DNA from: an uncultured Janthinobacterium sp.
Lineage (GTDB): Bacteria > Vulcanimicrobiota > Vulcanimicrobiia > Vulcanimicrobiales > Vulcanimicrobiaceae
Direction: 5' to 3'
Assembly: GCA_964658025.1 (NCBI GenBank)
Contig: CAZZXB010000003.1
Location: forward strand, 11,681-51,608
DNA length: 39,928 nucleotides
In this document: piece by piece, positions 39,039 through 39,928 of the stretch
Layout: each line of letters starts with the position of its first letter
How positions within the stretch are numbered: position 1 is the first letter of the stretch
Made by a program: the position numbers and the translations under genes
The notes under the pieces: model-generated
The model's database searches: none
What the model saw: the letters and a program-made list of their open reading frames with translations, nothing else
Told to the model about the DNA's origin: nothing

Positions 39039-39081
39039 CGTGAGCGGCGTCACCGTGGCCCGTGCCCCGAAGCTCTAGGCT
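39039..39081 (+). promoter_or_regulatory. CRP-type operator CGTGA-N6-TCACC (39039-39054) plus -10 box TAGGCT (39076-39081) of bchL
   Basis: Site centre is 29.5 bp from the -10 start (-41.5); the predicted +1 coincides with the ATG at 39088. Confidence 0.72.
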
Positions 39082-39087
39082 CGCCCT

Positions 39088-39924
39088 ATGCTAAAGATCG
39101 CGGTCTACGGCAAGGGTGGAATCGGCAAGAGCACGTTCTCGTCGAATCTTTCGGCGGCGTTCGGTCGACTCGGGCGCAAGACGATTCAAGTCGGCTGCGA
39201 TCCCAAACACGACTCCACGTTCACGCTCACGGGAAATCTGATCCCGACGGTCGTCGAAGTGCTGTCGGAAAACAAATTCAAGACCGACGAAATCGATCGC
39301 GACGACGTGATCTTTCCCGGCAAGTACGGCGTCGACTGCGTCGAAGCGGGCGGCCCCCCGGCGGGCGCGGGCTGCGGCGGCTACGTCGTCGGCGAGACCG
39401 TGAAGTTGCTCGAAAAATTCGGCGTCTACGAAGATTACGACGTGATGGTCTTCGACGTGCTCGGCGACGTCGTGTGCGGCGGGTTCTCCGCACCGCTCCA
39501 GCATTCGCAGCAAGTCATCATCGTCGCGACGAACGATTTCGACTCGATTTTCGCCGCGAATCGCATCGCGACCGCGATCACGATCAAACAAAAAACCGGC
39601 GGCGGCACGCTCGCGGGCATCGTCGCGAATCGCGCCTCGAACGCGGAACTCGTAGGCCCGTTCGCCGAGCGGATCGGCTCCGTGTGTCTCACGTGCATCC
39701 CGGAGAACGACGGCGTCCGTAAATCGCGCCTCACCGCACAGACCGTCTTCGAGATGGACGCGACGGGCGCGCTCGGCGCGCCTTGGATGGATCTCGCGCA
39801 TCGCATGCTCGCGGGCGTTCCGCTCACGATCCCGACGCCGATCCCCGAACGCGAACTCTTCACGCAACTCGGTGCCGATTACGTCCGCGCGGCCGACATC
39901 CCGGCTCCCGCGATGGCGGTCTAG
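39088..39924 (+). CDS. bchL: Dark-operative protochlorophyllide reductase Fe protein
   Basis: [58 protein letters not shown] and [12 protein letters not shown]. These are the BchL/ChlL versions, not NifH or BchX. Confidence 0.95.
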   Translation: MLKIAVYGKGGIGKSTFSSNLSAAFGRLGRKTIQVGCDPKHDSTFTLTGNLIPTVVEVLSENKFKTDEIDRDDVIFPGKYGVDCVEAGGPPAGAGCGGYVVGETVKLLEKFGVYEDYDVMVFDVLGDVVCGGFSAPLQHSQQVIIVATNDFDSIFAANRIATAITIKQKTGGGTLAGIVANRASNAELVGPFAERIGSVCLTCIPENDGVRKSRLTAQTVFEMDATGALGAPWMDLAHRMLAGVPLTIPTPIPERELFTQLGADYVRAADIPAPAMAV

Positions 39925-39928
39925 CGAC

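Noticed and set aside
39088..39924. Nitrogenase iron protein nifH
   Set aside because: [10 protein letters not shown] and [16 protein letters not shown] are BchL/ChlL signatures, and no nif genes are nearby.

Overview
A roughly 70% GC, CG-dinucleotide-rich bacterial chromosome segment with about 32 genes. I see no rRNA, tRNA, CRISPR array or transposase. Its main content is a scattered set of (bacterio)chlorophyll biosynthesis genes in three separate places: bchM-acsF-bchD (18.3-22.2 kb), bchH (30.3-34.2 kb) and bchL (39.1-39.9 kb). They are interleaved with housekeeping genes: isocitrate lyase, acyl-CoA ligase, a nucleoside ABC transporter, Lhr helicase with a metallophosphoesterase, cell-surface glycan enzymes and MFS transporters. 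The best new signal is a shared operator. Each of the three bch units has a CRP-type palindrome, GTGA-N6-TCAC, centred at -41.5/-42.5 relative to a TANNNT -10 box. The bchM and bchH sites are exact 16-bp reverse complements, and bchH and bchL appear leaderless. An unusual Crp/Fnr regulator with an N-terminal helical, globin-like domain lies directly upstream of bchM, suggesting a candidate undescribed photosynthesis regulon. Composition and gene layout suggest a phototrophic Eremiobacterota (WPS-2/Vulcanimicrobiota)-like organism, which is inference only. Other items: a paralogous pair of 10-Cys secreted proteins, a P460/c'-beta-like cytochrome behind an AT-rich palindrome, and a histone-H1-like protein.
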